This document shows, in pieces, positions 51,499-61,559 of a stretch of 64,000 bases of DNA. Under the pieces are notes generated by a model. The model was not told the origin of the DNA, did no database searches, and saw nothing but the letters and a program-made list of their open reading frames with translations. Source of the stretch: an uncultured Planctomycetales bacterium. Its GTDB lineage: Bacteria > Omnitrophota > Gorgyraeia > Aquiviventales > Aquiviventaceae. Both the position numbers and the translations under genes were made by a program. Where the stretch lies: positions 1,953 through 65,952 of the forward strand of contig CAZKXY010000002.1 in NCBI GenBank assembly GCA_964556925.1. The letters are read 5' to 3'. The number at the start of each line of letters is the position of its first letter. Position 1 is the first letter of the stretch.

Positions 51499-53444
51499 TG
51501 TGCGGGCTGGTGGGCCTGGTCCACTTCGACGGGCAGCCGATTGACGTCGGCCTTCTTGGCCGGATGACCGACGCCCTGGCCCATCGGGGGCCTGACGCCA
51601 GGGGGCTGCAGGTCGTCTCGGGCGGCGCGGCGCGCGTCGGCCTGGGCCATACGCGGCTGAAAATCGTGGATTGCTCGGAGGCGGCCGGCCAGCCCATGTC
51701 GAATGACGACGGCTCGATCTGGGTGGTCTTCAACGGCGAGATCTACAACTTCAGGGAGCTGCGGGCGTCGCGGGAAGCGCGGGGGGATCGCTTCAAGACC
51801 TCGTCGGATACCGAGGTGCTCCTGCGGCTGTATGAAGCGGAGGGCGAGCGATGCCTCGAGCGGCTCGACGGGATGTTCGCCTTCGCCGTCTGGGACAGCC
51901 GGCGGGGCGGCCTGCTCCTGGCCCGCGATCGTGTCGGCAAGAAACCGCTCTTCTACTGCGCCACGCCGACGCGGATCGCGTTTGCGTCGGAGATCAAGGC
52001 GCTCCTGCGCCATCCCGAGATCGCGCCGGAGGTCAACGTCGAGGCGCTGCCGGCGTTGTTCCTCTACGGCTACGTGCCGACGCCGCAGACGTGCTACCGC
52101 GGCATCCGCTCGCTGCCGCCGGGGCACCTGCTGCGCGCCGGCGCCGACGGCCGGATCCGCGTCGAGGAGTACTGGGACGTCCCCTTGGCTGCTGCCGCGC
52201 CTCGACGCCGGGTCGCTGATGCGGAGGCGCTGGCCAGGGTCCGGGAGCTGGTCATCGCGGCGGTGCGGCGCCGGCTCATTGCGGATGTGCCGCTGGGGGC
52301 GTTCCTCAGCGGCGGCATCGATTCCACCGTCGTCGTCGGGATCATGAGCCGGCTGATGGGCGAGCCGGTCCGCACCTTCAGCATCGGGTTCGCGGGCGAT
52401 GCCCGGTTCGATGAGACCGCCTACGCGCGGCTCGCGGCGCGCCGGTTCGGCACGGCGCACACCGAGTTTGTGGCGCAGCCCTCCTCGGTCGCGCTCGTCG
52501 AGGAGCTCGTCTGGCACCACGATGGGCCGTTCGCCGATTCCTCCGCGATCCCGACGTACCTGCTGTCGCGCCAGACGCGCCGGCACGTCACCGTCGCCCT
52601 GAACGGGGACGGCGGCGATGAGCTGTTCGCCGGCTACCTGCGCTTCTACGCGGCGCTCGTCGCGGAGCGTGCGCCGCGCTGGGCCCGCCGCGCCGCCGGA
52701 CGGCTCCTGGCTGGCCTGCCCGACTGGAGCACCCCCCGCAGCCTCCCTGCGCGGCTGCGGAAATTCGTGGGCAGCGCGGCCCTGCCGTTCACCGAGCGGT
52801 TCACGCGGTGGATCTCGGTGTTCTACGAGGATCTGCCGCGGCTGCTGGGGGGAGAGGGCGCCGGCAGCGCCCCGGAGCCGCTCGCCAGGCTCCAGCCGTA
52901 CCTGGCGCGGTGCCAGGAGGCCTCCCCCTTGAGCCGGCTCCTCTACCTCAACCTCAAGACCTACCTGCTGGATGATCTCCTGGTGAAAATGGACCGCTGC
53001 TCGATGGCGCATGGCCTGGAGACCCGCTCCCCGTTGCTGGACCGAGACCTCATCCACTACGTCTTCGGGCTGCCGGATCGCCTGAAGCTCCGGTGGGGCC
53101 GGACCAAGGTCATCCTGCGGGACGCCTTCGCGGACCTGATTCCTCCCGAGATCCTCCGGCGAGGGAAGATGGGTTTCGGCGTGCCGCTGCGCGCGTGGTT
53201 CACCAGCGACCTGCGCGAGGGGCTTCAGGACGCGCTGCTCGCGCCCGACGCGCGCCTGCGCCGCTACGTCGACGCCGGCTATGTCGAACACCTCTGCCAC
53301 GAGTATCTTGACGGCCGGGCGGACCACTCGCATCGGATCTGGACCTTGTTGACGTTCGAGGTGTGGCTGCGCAATCTGTCGTTGGAGCCCGTGGCCGGCG
53401 AGCCGACGGCTGCCCCAGTTGACGCGATGGTGACCGCCTCATGA
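51498..53444 (+). CDS. asparagine-synthase-family glutamine amidotransferase (no. 1)
   Basis: N-terminal nucleophile MCGLVG, RGPD, and PP-loop FLSGGIDSTVVV. Confidence 0.85.
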   Translation: MCGLVGLVHFDGQPIDVGLLGRMTDALAHRGPDARGLQVVSGGAARVGLGHTRLKIVDCSEAAGQPMSNDDGSIWVVFNGEIYNFRELRASREARGDRFKTSSDTEVLLRLYEAEGERCLERLDGMFAFAVWDSRRGGLLLARDRVGKKPLFYCATPTRIAFASEIKALLRHPEIAPEVNVEALPALFLYGYVPTPQTCYRGIRSLPPGHLLRAGADGRIRVEEYWDVPLAAAAPRRRVADAEALARVRELVIAAVRRRLIADVPLGAFLSGGIDSTVVVGIMSRLMGEPVRTFSIGFAGDARFDETAYARLAARRFGTAHTEFVAQPSSVALVEELVWHHDGPFADSSAIPTYLLSRQTRRHVTVALNGDGGDELFAGYLRFYAALVAERAPRWARRAAGRLLAGLPDWSTPRSLPARLRKFVGSAALPFTERFTRWISVFYEDLPRLLGGEGAGSAPEPLARLQPYLARCQEASPLSRLLYLNLKTYLLDDLLVKMDRCSMAHGLETRSPLLDRDLIHYVFGLPDRLKLRWGRTKVILRDAFADLIPPEILRRGKMGFGVPLRAWFTSDLREGLQDALLAPDARLRRYVDAGYVEHLCHEYLDGRADHSHRIWTLLTFEVWLRNLSLEPVAGEPTAAPVDAMVTAS

Positions 53445-55036
53445 GCGACCAGGATTCGTCTGCGGCATCCTCCGGTGGAGCGGTGTCGCTCGAGCGCCTG
53501 GCCGAGGTGCTGGCGACGGTGCAGCGGCAGTGCCCTGAGCTGGCCGTGCTGGCTATTCGCTGGATGCATCTCAGGCATCCGCTCCATCCGCTCCAGGACG
53601 CGCTCCTGCGCGGCGCGCCAGCTCCAGGCGGGAGCGGACCGCTCAGGGGGATCCGTCGGCTGACGGAGAGCGTGATCTACGCGGGGTACTGCTGGGGCCG
53701 GCTCCTGGCCCTGCGCCTTCGGACGCGGCAGGAGCTGGCGGCGGTGACGCGCCAATCCTTCGACCTCATCGCCAAAAGCTGGGTGCGCAGCATGGAGGGC
53801 GCAGACTGCGACGGGGACTTCTACTACGGAGACCTGCAACAGCGGTTGGCGCGGCAGGGCATCCGGGTGCTGCTGCTCTGCGGCAACCTCGGTGGCGAGG
53901 GGTGGACGCGGTTTGCGAAGGCGTGCGCGCGCGCGCCGTTGCCGCGGCTGTCGGAGCTGTGCCTGCTGCCGCTCGCGGCCCCGCTGCGCATGCTGGCGCG
54001 GCAGTGGCGCGCCTGCCGCCGGCTTCGGCGCCTTGCGGCCACGGCCGAGGATGCGCTGGTGAAGCGGATCAGCCGGCTCGCCAGCCTCGAGTGCCTGGCC
54101 CCGGAAACGGCCCGCGCCGGGTTCTATTATTGGATCGGCCAGACCGCCGTCCGCGCGTGGCGGCCCCGCGCCTTCCTGACCGTCTACGAAGCGCAGGGAT
54201 GGGAGCAGGCCCTGCGGTGGGGCCTCAAGACGGCAGACCCAGCCTGCTGCGTGCTCGGCTACCAGCACACCTTTGTCTTTCCGGAGGCCCGATCGCTGGT
54301 GGCCCCGCCGCGCACGACCGGCCTGCCGCTGCATCCGGATGTCGTGCTGTGCCTGGGCCAGAGGCCGCGCGAGCAGCTGCGGGCAGGGCATGAGCCGTAC
54401 GGCGCCCGGCTGGTGCCGTTCGGCAGCTTGTGGTACCGCCCCGCACGCGCCGAGGCGCCGGCGGCGCCGTCGCGTCGCACGGTCTTGGTCGTGCCTGAGG
54501 GGCATCCTTCAGCGGTGCAGCCGCTCTTTCAATTTGCGTGCGCCTGCGCGCGCCGCCTGCCGTCCTACACGTTCCTCCTCAGGGGCCATCCGGTGTTCCC
54601 CCGGACGCCGGCCCTGCGAGCGGTGCTGGAGGGGCTCCCGCAGCAGCCGAATGCGGTCTTCTCCGAGCGCCACGTCCTCGAGGACGACATCGGACGGTCG
54701 TCCATCGTCTTGTATCGCGGGTCATGGGCTGTGGTGTCCGCGATCCTGCACGGCCTGCTGCCCGTCTACGTGATGCTGCCTGGCGGCGACGGCCACGATC
54801 CGCTCGCCGGGCTGACGGCGTGGCACGCACGGTGCGAGACGCCTGAGGAGCTAGCGGGGGTGCTCGCCCGTCATGAGCGCGCCCCGCGGGACCGCCTGGA
54901 GGCGGACTGGCGGGCTGCGGCGCAGGATCTGCACGACTGGACCGGTCCAGTGACCGAGGCATCGCTTGAGGCCTTGCTCGAGGCGGCGGGCCTGAGGAGC
55001 CAGGCGAGAGCTATCACGGAGGCGATCCATGCCTGA
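53441..55036 (+). CDS. uncharacterised surface-carbohydrate-locus protein, paralog B (of 17102-18670)
   Basis: See 17102-18670 for the shared blocks. ATGA overlap with asnB-like no. 1. Confidence 0.4.
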   Translation: MSDQDSSAASSGGAVSLERLAEVLATVQRQCPELAVLAIRWMHLRHPLHPLQDALLRGAPAPGGSGPLRGIRRLTESVIYAGYCWGRLLALRLRTRQELAAVTRQSFDLIAKSWVRSMEGADCDGDFYYGDLQQRLARQGIRVLLLCGNLGGEGWTRFAKACARAPLPRLSELCLLPLAAPLRMLARQWRACRRLRRLAATAEDALVKRISRLASLECLAPETARAGFYYWIGQTAVRAWRPRAFLTVYEAQGWEQALRWGLKTADPACCVLGYQHTFVFPEARSLVAPPRTTGLPLHPDVVLCLGQRPREQLRAGHEPYGARLVPFGSLWYRPARAEAPAAPSRRTVLVVPEGHPSAVQPLFQFACACARRLPSYTFLLRGHPVFPRTPALRAVLEGLPQQPNAVFSERHVLEDDIGRSSIVLYRGSWAVVSAILHGLLPVYVMLPGGDGHDPLAGLTAWHARCETPEELAGVLARHERAPRDRLEADWRAAAQDLHDWTGPVTEASLEALLEAAGLRSQARAITEAIHA

Positions 55037-55766
55037 GACGGTGATCGCGGTGATTCCCATTCGCGGCTCGGATGAAGAGTTCGCCGACGGTCCGCTGCCG
55101 CGGCTTGGCGGACGGCCGTTGATTGAGTATACGCTCCTCGCGGCCAAGGAGGCGAAGCGCCTGGATCGGATGCTCGTCTCCACGGACAGCTCGGCGATCG
55201 CCGAGGCGTGCCGAGGCTATGGGGTCGAGGCGCCGTTCCTGAGGCCGGTGTCGCTGAGCGAGCCCGGCGTCGCTGAGACCGCTGTCTTGCGCCATGCCGT
55301 CGAATGGCTGGAGCGGCAGGAGGGCTATCGGGTGGACTGGGTGGTCAAGCTGGAGATCACGCACCCGTTTCGCCCGCCCGGGATCATCGACCGGGTGATT
55401 GAGACGGCGCTGGCCACGCCGGTCGATTCCGCCTTCCTGGCATACGAAGAGATCCACAGCTATTGGACGCTCGACGAGCAGGGTCAGCCGCAGCAGGTGG
55501 GCCAGGAGGTCGACGTGCCGCGGACCGCCCGCCGCCCGTTTTATCGGGACGTCAGCGGGCTGGCCGCGATCACGCGGGCGTCGAACCTCAGGGCGGGGTC
55601 GCTGTATGGCGAGCGGATCGGGCTCATCCCCTGCCATGAGCTCGTTGCGATCGTGGACACCCACGAGGGCCCCACGGGTCCCGATGGCAAGCGCGCAGGA
55701 TTCCGCCTGGCCGAGCTGCTGGCCCCTGACTACCACCGGATCATGGCCGAATGCAAAACGGGCTGA
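55029..55766 (+). CDS. neuA: acylneuraminate (nonulosonate) cytidylyltransferase, NeuA/LegF-like
   Basis: VIAVIPIRGS...LGGRPLIEYTLLAAKEAKRLDRMLVSTDSSAIAEACRGYGVEAPFLRP matches the CMP-NulO synthetase pattern. Confidence 0.75.
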   Translation: MPETVIAVIPIRGSDEEFADGPLPRLGGRPLIEYTLLAAKEAKRLDRMLVSTDSSAIAEACRGYGVEAPFLRPVSLSEPGVAETAVLRHAVEWLERQEGYRVDWVVKLEITHPFRPPGIIDRVIETALATPVDSAFLAYEEIHSYWTLDEQGQPQQVGQEVDVPRTARRPFYRDVSGLAAITRASNLRAGSLYGERIGLIPCHELVAIVDTHEGPTGPDGKRAGFRLAELLAPDYHRIMAECKTG

Positions 55767-56794
55767 CGCAAGGCGAGCTCACGCGCGCCCTGCAGGCGCT
55801 GCAGGCCGCGGTGGAGCAACGGGATCCGGCCGGGATCCAGGCGTTGCTGCGTCTGACCGTCAGCTACAGCCTCTATGCCGCCTTTGACGCCTTGCGGTGC
55901 GAGGACCGGCCCTTTGACCGGGCGGCCTTCGCAGCCCGGGTCCGGTCGGTCCAGCGCCTCGTCGAGCAGTCACCGGCGATCGCCGCGCAGCCGGCGCGCA
56001 CGCCGCAGTGGACGGCCGAAGCGTTCGTGGCCGAGCTCTACAGCCGCTGCTGGGCCCACTATGACGACGCGGCGTTCGTGGAGACGATCGGGCTCTTCGA
56101 GGAGCGGTTCCGGCTCAACGAGGTCGAGCCCGGCTTCCTCCGGGGCGCCGAGTGCCTCGATGCGGGGTGCGGCAGCGGCCGGTTCACGCTCGCCATGGCG
56201 AAGCTGGGCGCGCGTCGGTCGGTGGGGATTGACCTCAGCGAGCGGGCGGTGCGCGAGGCGGCTGAGCGCAGCCGGCGGCTGGGAGGGGGCGATACGGTGA
56301 CCTTTTGCCAGGGGTCGGTGCTCGACATGCCGACGGCGTGGGCCGGCCGGTTCGACTTCGTCTGTTCGAGCGGGGTGCTCCACCACACCCTGAGCCCCGT
56401 CAAGGGCTTGGAGGAAATCTTCCGCGTGCTCAGGCCAGGCGGGCGGGCGTACGTGTTCGTCTACGGCTCCGGCGGGCTGTTCTGGGCGCTGGTGGACGTG
56501 ATCCGGGCGCTCGTCGAGCCCGTGCCGCTGGAGCTCGCCGACGCGTGGCTGCAGAGCCTGGGGGTGCCGCCGGGGAAGCTCTTCAACTGCCTCGACCACT
56601 GGTACACGCCGATCCAGGAGCGGGTGACGCAGCAGGAGTTCGAGTCGCGCGTGCGCCGATGCGGCTTCACAGGGCTACGGTTCATGCCCCGCGCGAAAGT
56701 GTACGACGCCTCGGAGCGCCGGGTGCGGTTCCCGGAAGAGCGTGACCTCGTCGGCGAGGGGGACATGCGCTACCTCGTGGAGAAACCGGCGTAA
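55751..56794 (+). CDS. class-I SAM-dependent methyltransferase
   Basis: CLDAGCGSGRFTLAMAKLGARRSVGIDLSERAV (motif I) and FDFVCSSGVLHHT...LRPGGRAYVFVYG. Confidence 0.7.
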   Translation: MQNGLTQGELTRALQALQAAVEQRDPAGIQALLRLTVSYSLYAAFDALRCEDRPFDRAAFAARVRSVQRLVEQSPAIAAQPARTPQWTAEAFVAELYSRCWAHYDDAAFVETIGLFEERFRLNEVEPGFLRGAECLDAGCGSGRFTLAMAKLGARRSVGIDLSERAVREAAERSRRLGGGDTVTFCQGSVLDMPTAWAGRFDFVCSSGVLHHTLSPVKGLEEIFRVLRPGGRAYVFVYGSGGLFWALVDVIRALVEPVPLELADAWLQSLGVPPGKLFNCLDHWYTPIQERVTQQEFESRVRRCGFTGLRFMPRAKVYDASERRVRFPEERDLVGEGDMRYLVEKPA

Positions 56795-56805
56795 GGGGGC
56801 TTGGG

Positions 56806-57738
56806 ATGCGCGTGGCGCTGCTGAACCTCATCTCGACGCCGGCGGCGGTCCTGCCCCGGTTGGGGCTGCGGCTGAGCGTCGGCCTCAGCTCCGAGGATCC
56901 GATGGTCGGGCGCCACCCGTCAGAGCCCTATGCGATGTATCTCAGCGTGTATGCGCCGGATGGGACCTTCGCGAAGCGGCTGGCGCTGGGGCGGATCGAG
57001 CCGCGGCGCCGCCGGCTGCTGGACGTGTCGTCGCTGCTGACGCCGTTTGGCTTTGACGACAACCATCTCGTCGTGGCGCATCGCGTGCCGGCGAGCCTGG
57101 CGGACCGGTATGGGGTCGTGGACGAACCGGTGGTCCTGGCCGGGGAACCGGACTACGGGTGGTTCCGGGCCTACGTGCAGTACGCCTACCCCGACAGCCT
57201 CGGGGCGCACGGCAGCGTCATCTATGAGGTCCCGCCCCGGTTCAATGAGCCCTCCCCCGGCGCGCGGCCCCCGGTGGTCCTCACGTTCACCACGAAGATC
57301 GTCCTCTCGGCCATGGTGAAGACCTACGTCGTGCTGGTCAACCACTCGACCGATCCGTCCTACGCGACGACGGCCGACTACCGCTTTGCCGTGCACGCCG
57401 GCGATGGGGTCCGGGCGGCGGTCGGGCGGTGCGCGGTCGACCCGTTTACGGTCCGCGTCATCGACCTGAGCCACGCCATCCCGGAGCGGCGCGCGGCCTG
57501 CGCCCGCGATCCGCAGGACGGCCTGGCCCACTTCTGCTTGTATGGCATCTGCGAGAACGCCGCCGTCGCGGTGCTGGTCCTCAATCTCGCGCCGGCCGCC
57601 GGCGGGGTCAGCATCGAGCACACGCACCCGACGCAAACCTACCTGCTGGCGCCGGCGGATGAGAAGCAACGGATCAAGCGGGAGGCCATCGCGGCATGGC
57701 GCGGCCTCATGGCGGCTACAGGAGACGACGAGCCATGA
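56806..57738 (+). CDS. hypothetical protein (310 aa), remote paralog of 57735-58613
   Basis: Coding-like ORF with no recognisable motif. It shares architecture with the next gene: YLSVYAPDGTFAKRLALGRIEP...LDVSSLL vs AVTVFDAGGHRLGATEVAVGH...LTLSRLL; YVVLVNHS vs FVILMNRT; C-terminal SIEHTHP vs ISTMHC. Confidence 0.35.
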   Translation: MRVALLNLISTPAAVLPRLGLRLSVGLSSEDPMVGRHPSEPYAMYLSVYAPDGTFAKRLALGRIEPRRRRLLDVSSLLTPFGFDDNHLVVAHRVPASLADRYGVVDEPVVLAGEPDYGWFRAYVQYAYPDSLGAHGSVIYEVPPRFNEPSPGARPPVVLTFTTKIVLSAMVKTYVVLVNHSTDPSYATTADYRFAVHAGDGVRAAVGRCAVDPFTVRVIDLSHAIPERRAACARDPQDGLAHFCLYGICENAAVAVLVLNLAPAAGGVSIEHTHPTQTYLLAPADEKQRIKREAIAAWRGLMAATGDDEP

Positions 57739-58613
57739 ACGCGGTCGCGCAGGCGCTGACACGACTCGCCCCGCCCCCGGTCAGGCGGATCGGCGGCGGG
57801 CTCGCGCGCCGGTGGCAGGGGGTGGGGCTGCCGGCGGCGGGCCGCGGCACGGTGCAGGATCTCTACTACTGGGTCGCGGACGGGGACGTGGACACGAACG
57901 TGCTGCTCAACAATTTCTACAGCGTGTTCTTTCCGACGGTCGCGACGGACACGCGCGGCGCGGTGACCGTCTTTGATGCCGGCGGCCACCGCCTGGGCGC
58001 GACGGAGGTGGCGGTGGGGCACCTGCAGTGCGCGAAGCTGACCCTGTCGCGCCTGCTGCGCCAGTGGCCTCGCGAGGGCGCCGCGGCGCCGCCGTTCGGC
58101 GGCCTGCTGTTCCATCTGGAGGTCCCGCCGGCGGTGCTGGAGCGGCTCGCCGGGATCCCGGGGCCGTGGTATTTCTGGCACCGGTTTTACATCGAATACG
58201 TGACCGCCGCCTCCCAGCCGGCGTTCGTCCACTGCGTTGACAAGACCTGGGTGCTCCGCCACGGCGCGCGCCGGCCGCTGGCGTGGTATCGTCGGCCCCG
58301 GCCGCGCGACTGGGCCCCGGAGATGCCGTTGAATATCGCGGACTATCGCCGGCTGTTCGTGATCCTCATGAACCGCACGCGCCAGCCCGCCACGCTGACC
58401 TTGACGGTGGAGGATTGCCACGACCGCGCCGAGCGGTTCACGGCCACGATCCCGCCACACGGCGTGCACCGGTTTGAGCTGACCCGCGAGCGCCTGCGAG
58501 GGCTGGCGCCCCGGGAGCTGCGGATGCGCGTGTCCGGATTGCCGACGACGTGGGCGCGGCCGGTCCTCTTCAAGGAATTTGCGAACGGGACGATCTCGAC
58601 CATGCACTGTTGA
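57735..58613 (+). CDS. hypothetical protein (292 aa), remote paralog of 56806-57738
   Basis: See 56806-57738. ATGA overlap with the upstream gene. Confidence 0.35.
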   Translation: MNAVAQALTRLAPPPVRRIGGGLARRWQGVGLPAAGRGTVQDLYYWVADGDVDTNVLLNNFYSVFFPTVATDTRGAVTVFDAGGHRLGATEVAVGHLQCAKLTLSRLLRQWPREGAAAPPFGGLLFHLEVPPAVLERLAGIPGPWYFWHRFYIEYVTAASQPAFVHCVDKTWVLRHGARRPLAWYRRPRPRDWAPEMPLNIADYRRLFVILMNRTRQPATLTLTVEDCHDRAERFTATIPPHGVHRFELTRERLRGLAPRELRMRVSGLPTTWARPVLFKEFANGTISTMHC

Positions 58614-58617
58614 CGCG

Positions 58618-60483
58618 ATGTGCGGCATCTTCGGCGCCATAGGTCGTGCGGGCACGGAGGCGCTGGCGCGCCAGGTGCTGGAACGCCTCAGGCACCGCGG
58701 CCCTGACGATGAAGGGATCCAGCGGTTTGCGGACGGGTGGCTGGCGCACACGCGGCTGTCCATCATCGACCTGAGCGCGTCCGGCCGCCAGCCGATGGCG
58801 AACGCGCGCGGCACCGCCTGGATCGCCTATAACGGGGAGATCTACAACTACCAGGAGCTGCGCGAGGAGCTCTCCGGCTATCCCTTCCGGACGCGCACCG
58901 ACACCGAGGTCATCCTGGCGGCCTACGAGCGCTGGGGCGACGACTGCGTCCGGCATCTCCGGGGGATGTTCGCGTTCGGGCTCTGGGATCTGGCGCGGCG
59001 CGAGCTGTTCTGCGCGACCGACCGGTTCGGCATCAAGCCGCTCTACTATGCGTGGGATGGGAGGCGGTTCGTCTTCTGCTCGGAGGTGACCCCGATGGCG
59101 CTGTGCGGCGTGCCGCTGGCGCCGAACGAGCAGGCGCTGTACGCGTATCTGGCCTGCGGGCTGTTGGATCATGGGCCGGACACCCTGTTCGAGGGCATCC
59201 GGCAGCTCCGCCCCGGCACCACGCTGACCCTCCACGAGGGATCGCTCGCGATCCGTCGGTACTGGGATGTGCCCGACGGCGAGGACCGGCGGGAGGAGGA
59301 TCCGTCCGCGCTTAAGGCGCGCATCGAGGCGAGGTTGCTCGACGCGGTCCGGCTGCATCTGCGGGGGGATGTGGAGGTGGGGCTCAGCCTCAGCGCCGGC
59401 TTGGATTCCACCCTGTTGCGCGCGCTGGTCCTCGAGCTCGACGGCCGGGCTGCGCCGCTGCAGTGTTTCACGTACGCCTTCCCCGGCACCCCGTACGACG
59501 AAGGGCCAGCGGCCCGCGCGGAGGCGCCCGACCGTTGTCGGGTCCACGCGATTGACGTCCGGCCCGAGCGCGCGCTGGAGGAGCTCTCGCGGCTGGTGGA
59601 GGTCATGGAGGGGCCGGTCGGAGGGTTGGGCATTTATGGGTACTGGCGCAGCGCCCAGCTCGCCGCCGATCAGGGGATCAAGGTGCTCCTGGATGGGCAG
59701 GGGGCCGACGAGACGTTTGCCGGCTACCGCTATTACTATGAGGCGAAGCTCCGGCAGCTCTGGGAGCAGGGCCGGCGCGATGCGGCGATGGACGAGTTCC
59801 GGCAGTTGTGCGAGCTGCACGCCGAGCCGGTCCGCCGGTTCGAGCCGGGGCGATCTGTGCCGGTGGCTGAGGCAGGGGTCCTGGCGCCGGACAGCACCCC
59901 GCTGACCAGCACCTATGCGCATCCGGACTTCGCCGCCCGCGCGCGCGGTCGCCGGGAGGACTTCCCGGCGCCGTTTGCCTGCGCGGTGAAGAACGCGATG
60001 TATCGCGACCTCGTCTTCCTGAAGATCCCGAAGCTGTTGCGGTTTCAGGATAAGTGCGCGATGGCCTGGGGCGTGGAGGTCCGCGTGCCGTACCTGGATC
60101 ACCCCTTGGTGGAAGCGCTCTTCGCGGCGCCGACCGACCGGTTGCTGGCGGCCGGCCGGCCCAAAGCCCTCCTGCGGGCGATTGCCCGGCGCTACCTGTC
60201 AGGGGACTGCCTGAGCGCTCCGAAGCGCTACGTGGCGGCGCCCCAGCGGGAGTGGATCAAGACCGTGTGGCGGCGGCCGATCGAGGAGATGATTCAGGAC
60301 TCCGTGCTGGCCGCGCGCGGCTATATCCTCAAGGACGCCTTGCTGAGCCAGTTCCAGGCCTACGTCGACAGCCCGGCGTTGGGCAACTCGTTCTTCATCT
60401 GGAAGTTCGTCAATCTCGAGCTCTGGTACCGGCGGTTTTGCGCCGCCTCGCAGCCCGCCGGCTTGGCCGCGGGGCATCCCTGA
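58618..60483 (+). CDS. asparagine-synthase-family glutamine amidotransferase (no. 2)
   Basis: MCGIFG, HRGPDD, and PP-loop LSAGLDSTLL. Confidence 0.85.
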   Translation: MCGIFGAIGRAGTEALARQVLERLRHRGPDDEGIQRFADGWLAHTRLSIIDLSASGRQPMANARGTAWIAYNGEIYNYQELREELSGYPFRTRTDTEVILAAYERWGDDCVRHLRGMFAFGLWDLARRELFCATDRFGIKPLYYAWDGRRFVFCSEVTPMALCGVPLAPNEQALYAYLACGLLDHGPDTLFEGIRQLRPGTTLTLHEGSLAIRRYWDVPDGEDRREEDPSALKARIEARLLDAVRLHLRGDVEVGLSLSAGLDSTLLRALVLELDGRAAPLQCFTYAFPGTPYDEGPAARAEAPDRCRVHAIDVRPERALEELSRLVEVMEGPVGGLGIYGYWRSAQLAADQGIKVLLDGQGADETFAGYRYYYEAKLRQLWEQGRRDAAMDEFRQLCELHAEPVRRFEPGRSVPVAEAGVLAPDSTPLTSTYAHPDFAARARGRREDFPAPFACAVKNAMYRDLVFLKIPKLLRFQDKCAMAWGVEVRVPYLDHPLVEALFAAPTDRLLAAGRPKALLRAIARRYLSGDCLSAPKRYVAAPQREWIKTVWRRPIEEMIQDSVLAARGYILKDALLSQFQAYVDSPALGNSFFIWKFVNLELWYRRFCAASQPAGLAAGHP

Positions 60484-60487
60484 GCTG

Positions 60488-61540
60488 ATGCGGCCCCCGA
60501 TGGACATTGTGCAGGTGGGCTTGGGCAACTTCGGCAAGCGGCACCTGGAGGCCTGGCGCCGCTTGGGCTTCGGCGAGCGGCTCTGGATCGTCGAGCCGGA
60601 CGAGGCGAAGTGGCCGGAGGCGCGCCGCGCCGAGATCCCCGAGCGGCGGATCCTCCGGTCGCTGGATGCGGCGCTGGAGCGCGCGCCGCTGGTCGATCTC
60701 GTCACGCCGACCGACAGCCATGACGCGCTCTGCCGGCAGGCGCTGGACGCCGGGAAGGACGTCTTCGTCGAGAAACCCATGACGATGACCTCGGCGCAGG
60801 CCAGGGCATTGGCCGCGCTGGCCGAGGGACGCGGCCGCCTGATCCAAGTCGGCTATTACTACCGCTTCCATCCGGCCGCGCGCCGGCTCAAGGCGGATGT
60901 CGAGGCCGGGCGGCTTGGGCGGCTGCGCTATCTCAGCGGGACGTTCTGCGGGTTCAAGCGCGCGCGGAATGACGTGGGGGTCATGCACACGGACGGCATC
61001 CACTTCCTCGACCTGTTCAACTGGCTGCTCGGCCGCCCGCCGGTCGAGGTGGACGCGGTCTGCCGCGACCACTTCGGGCGGGGGCTGGAGGATTTCTCCA
61101 TCGCGCTCCTGACCTATCCGGACGGGGCGGTGGGGAAGGTGGAGTCCGGCTACATCCAGCCCGGCCGGTGGGAGGATCGCGTGGTGGCTGGGGCGATGAC
61201 GACCAAGGAGCTGGTCGCCGTCGGCGAGGCCGCGACGGCCGAGATTGATTTCGAAGCGGGCAGCTATCGGCTGACCGAGGTCCGGCATGAGCCGGTGAAC
61301 GGCGTGTGGACGCCGCGCTTCGGTCAGCGGGCCGAGGAGTCGGCCGGCGTCGTGGACCCGGCGCAGATGATCGGCTGGGAGCTGGAGGCGTTCCTGTCCT
61401 GTGTGGCGAACCGGCAGCCGACCGCGGCCGGGCCGGTGGAGTGCGGGGTCGCGTTGGCCGCGGTGATGGAAGCGCTGTACGAGTCAGCGACCTGCCGCGA
61501 GCGGGTGGCGGTGGACCTGGACTCGCTTGTACGGGGATGA
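60488..61540 (+). CDS. Gfo/Idh/MocA-family oxidoreductase (no. 3)
   Basis: IVQVGLGNFGKRHL, and VTPTDSHDALCRQALDAGKDVFVEKPMT. The start could be the ATG at 60500. Confidence 0.75.
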   Translation: MRPPMDIVQVGLGNFGKRHLEAWRRLGFGERLWIVEPDEAKWPEARRAEIPERRILRSLDAALERAPLVDLVTPTDSHDALCRQALDAGKDVFVEKPMTMTSAQARALAALAEGRGRLIQVGYYYRFHPAARRLKADVEAGRLGRLRYLSGTFCGFKRARNDVGVMHTDGIHFLDLFNWLLGRPPVEVDAVCRDHFGRGLEDFSIALLTYPDGAVGKVESGYIQPGRWEDRVVAGAMTTKELVAVGEAATAEIDFEAGSYRLTEVRHEPVNGVWTPRFGQRAEESAGVVDPAQMIGWELEAFLSCVANRQPTAAGPVECGVALAAVMEALYESATCRERVAVDLDSLVRG

Positions 61541-61559
61541 GGCGCTGTCGGGCACGGCG

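Noticed and set aside
51498-60483. AsnB homologs plus small unknown proteins considered as a lasso-peptide (or other RiPP) cluster; B12-radical SAM enzymes considered as RiPP methyltransferases.
   Set aside because: Both AsnB proteins retain the N-terminal Cys glutaminase nucleophile, so they look like genuine glutamine amidotransferases. As I recall, lasso cyclases lack that residue. No short precursor ORF, leader peptidase or transglutaminase-like protease, or RiPP recognition element is visible. The neighbouring genes are all sugar-nucleotide enzymes.
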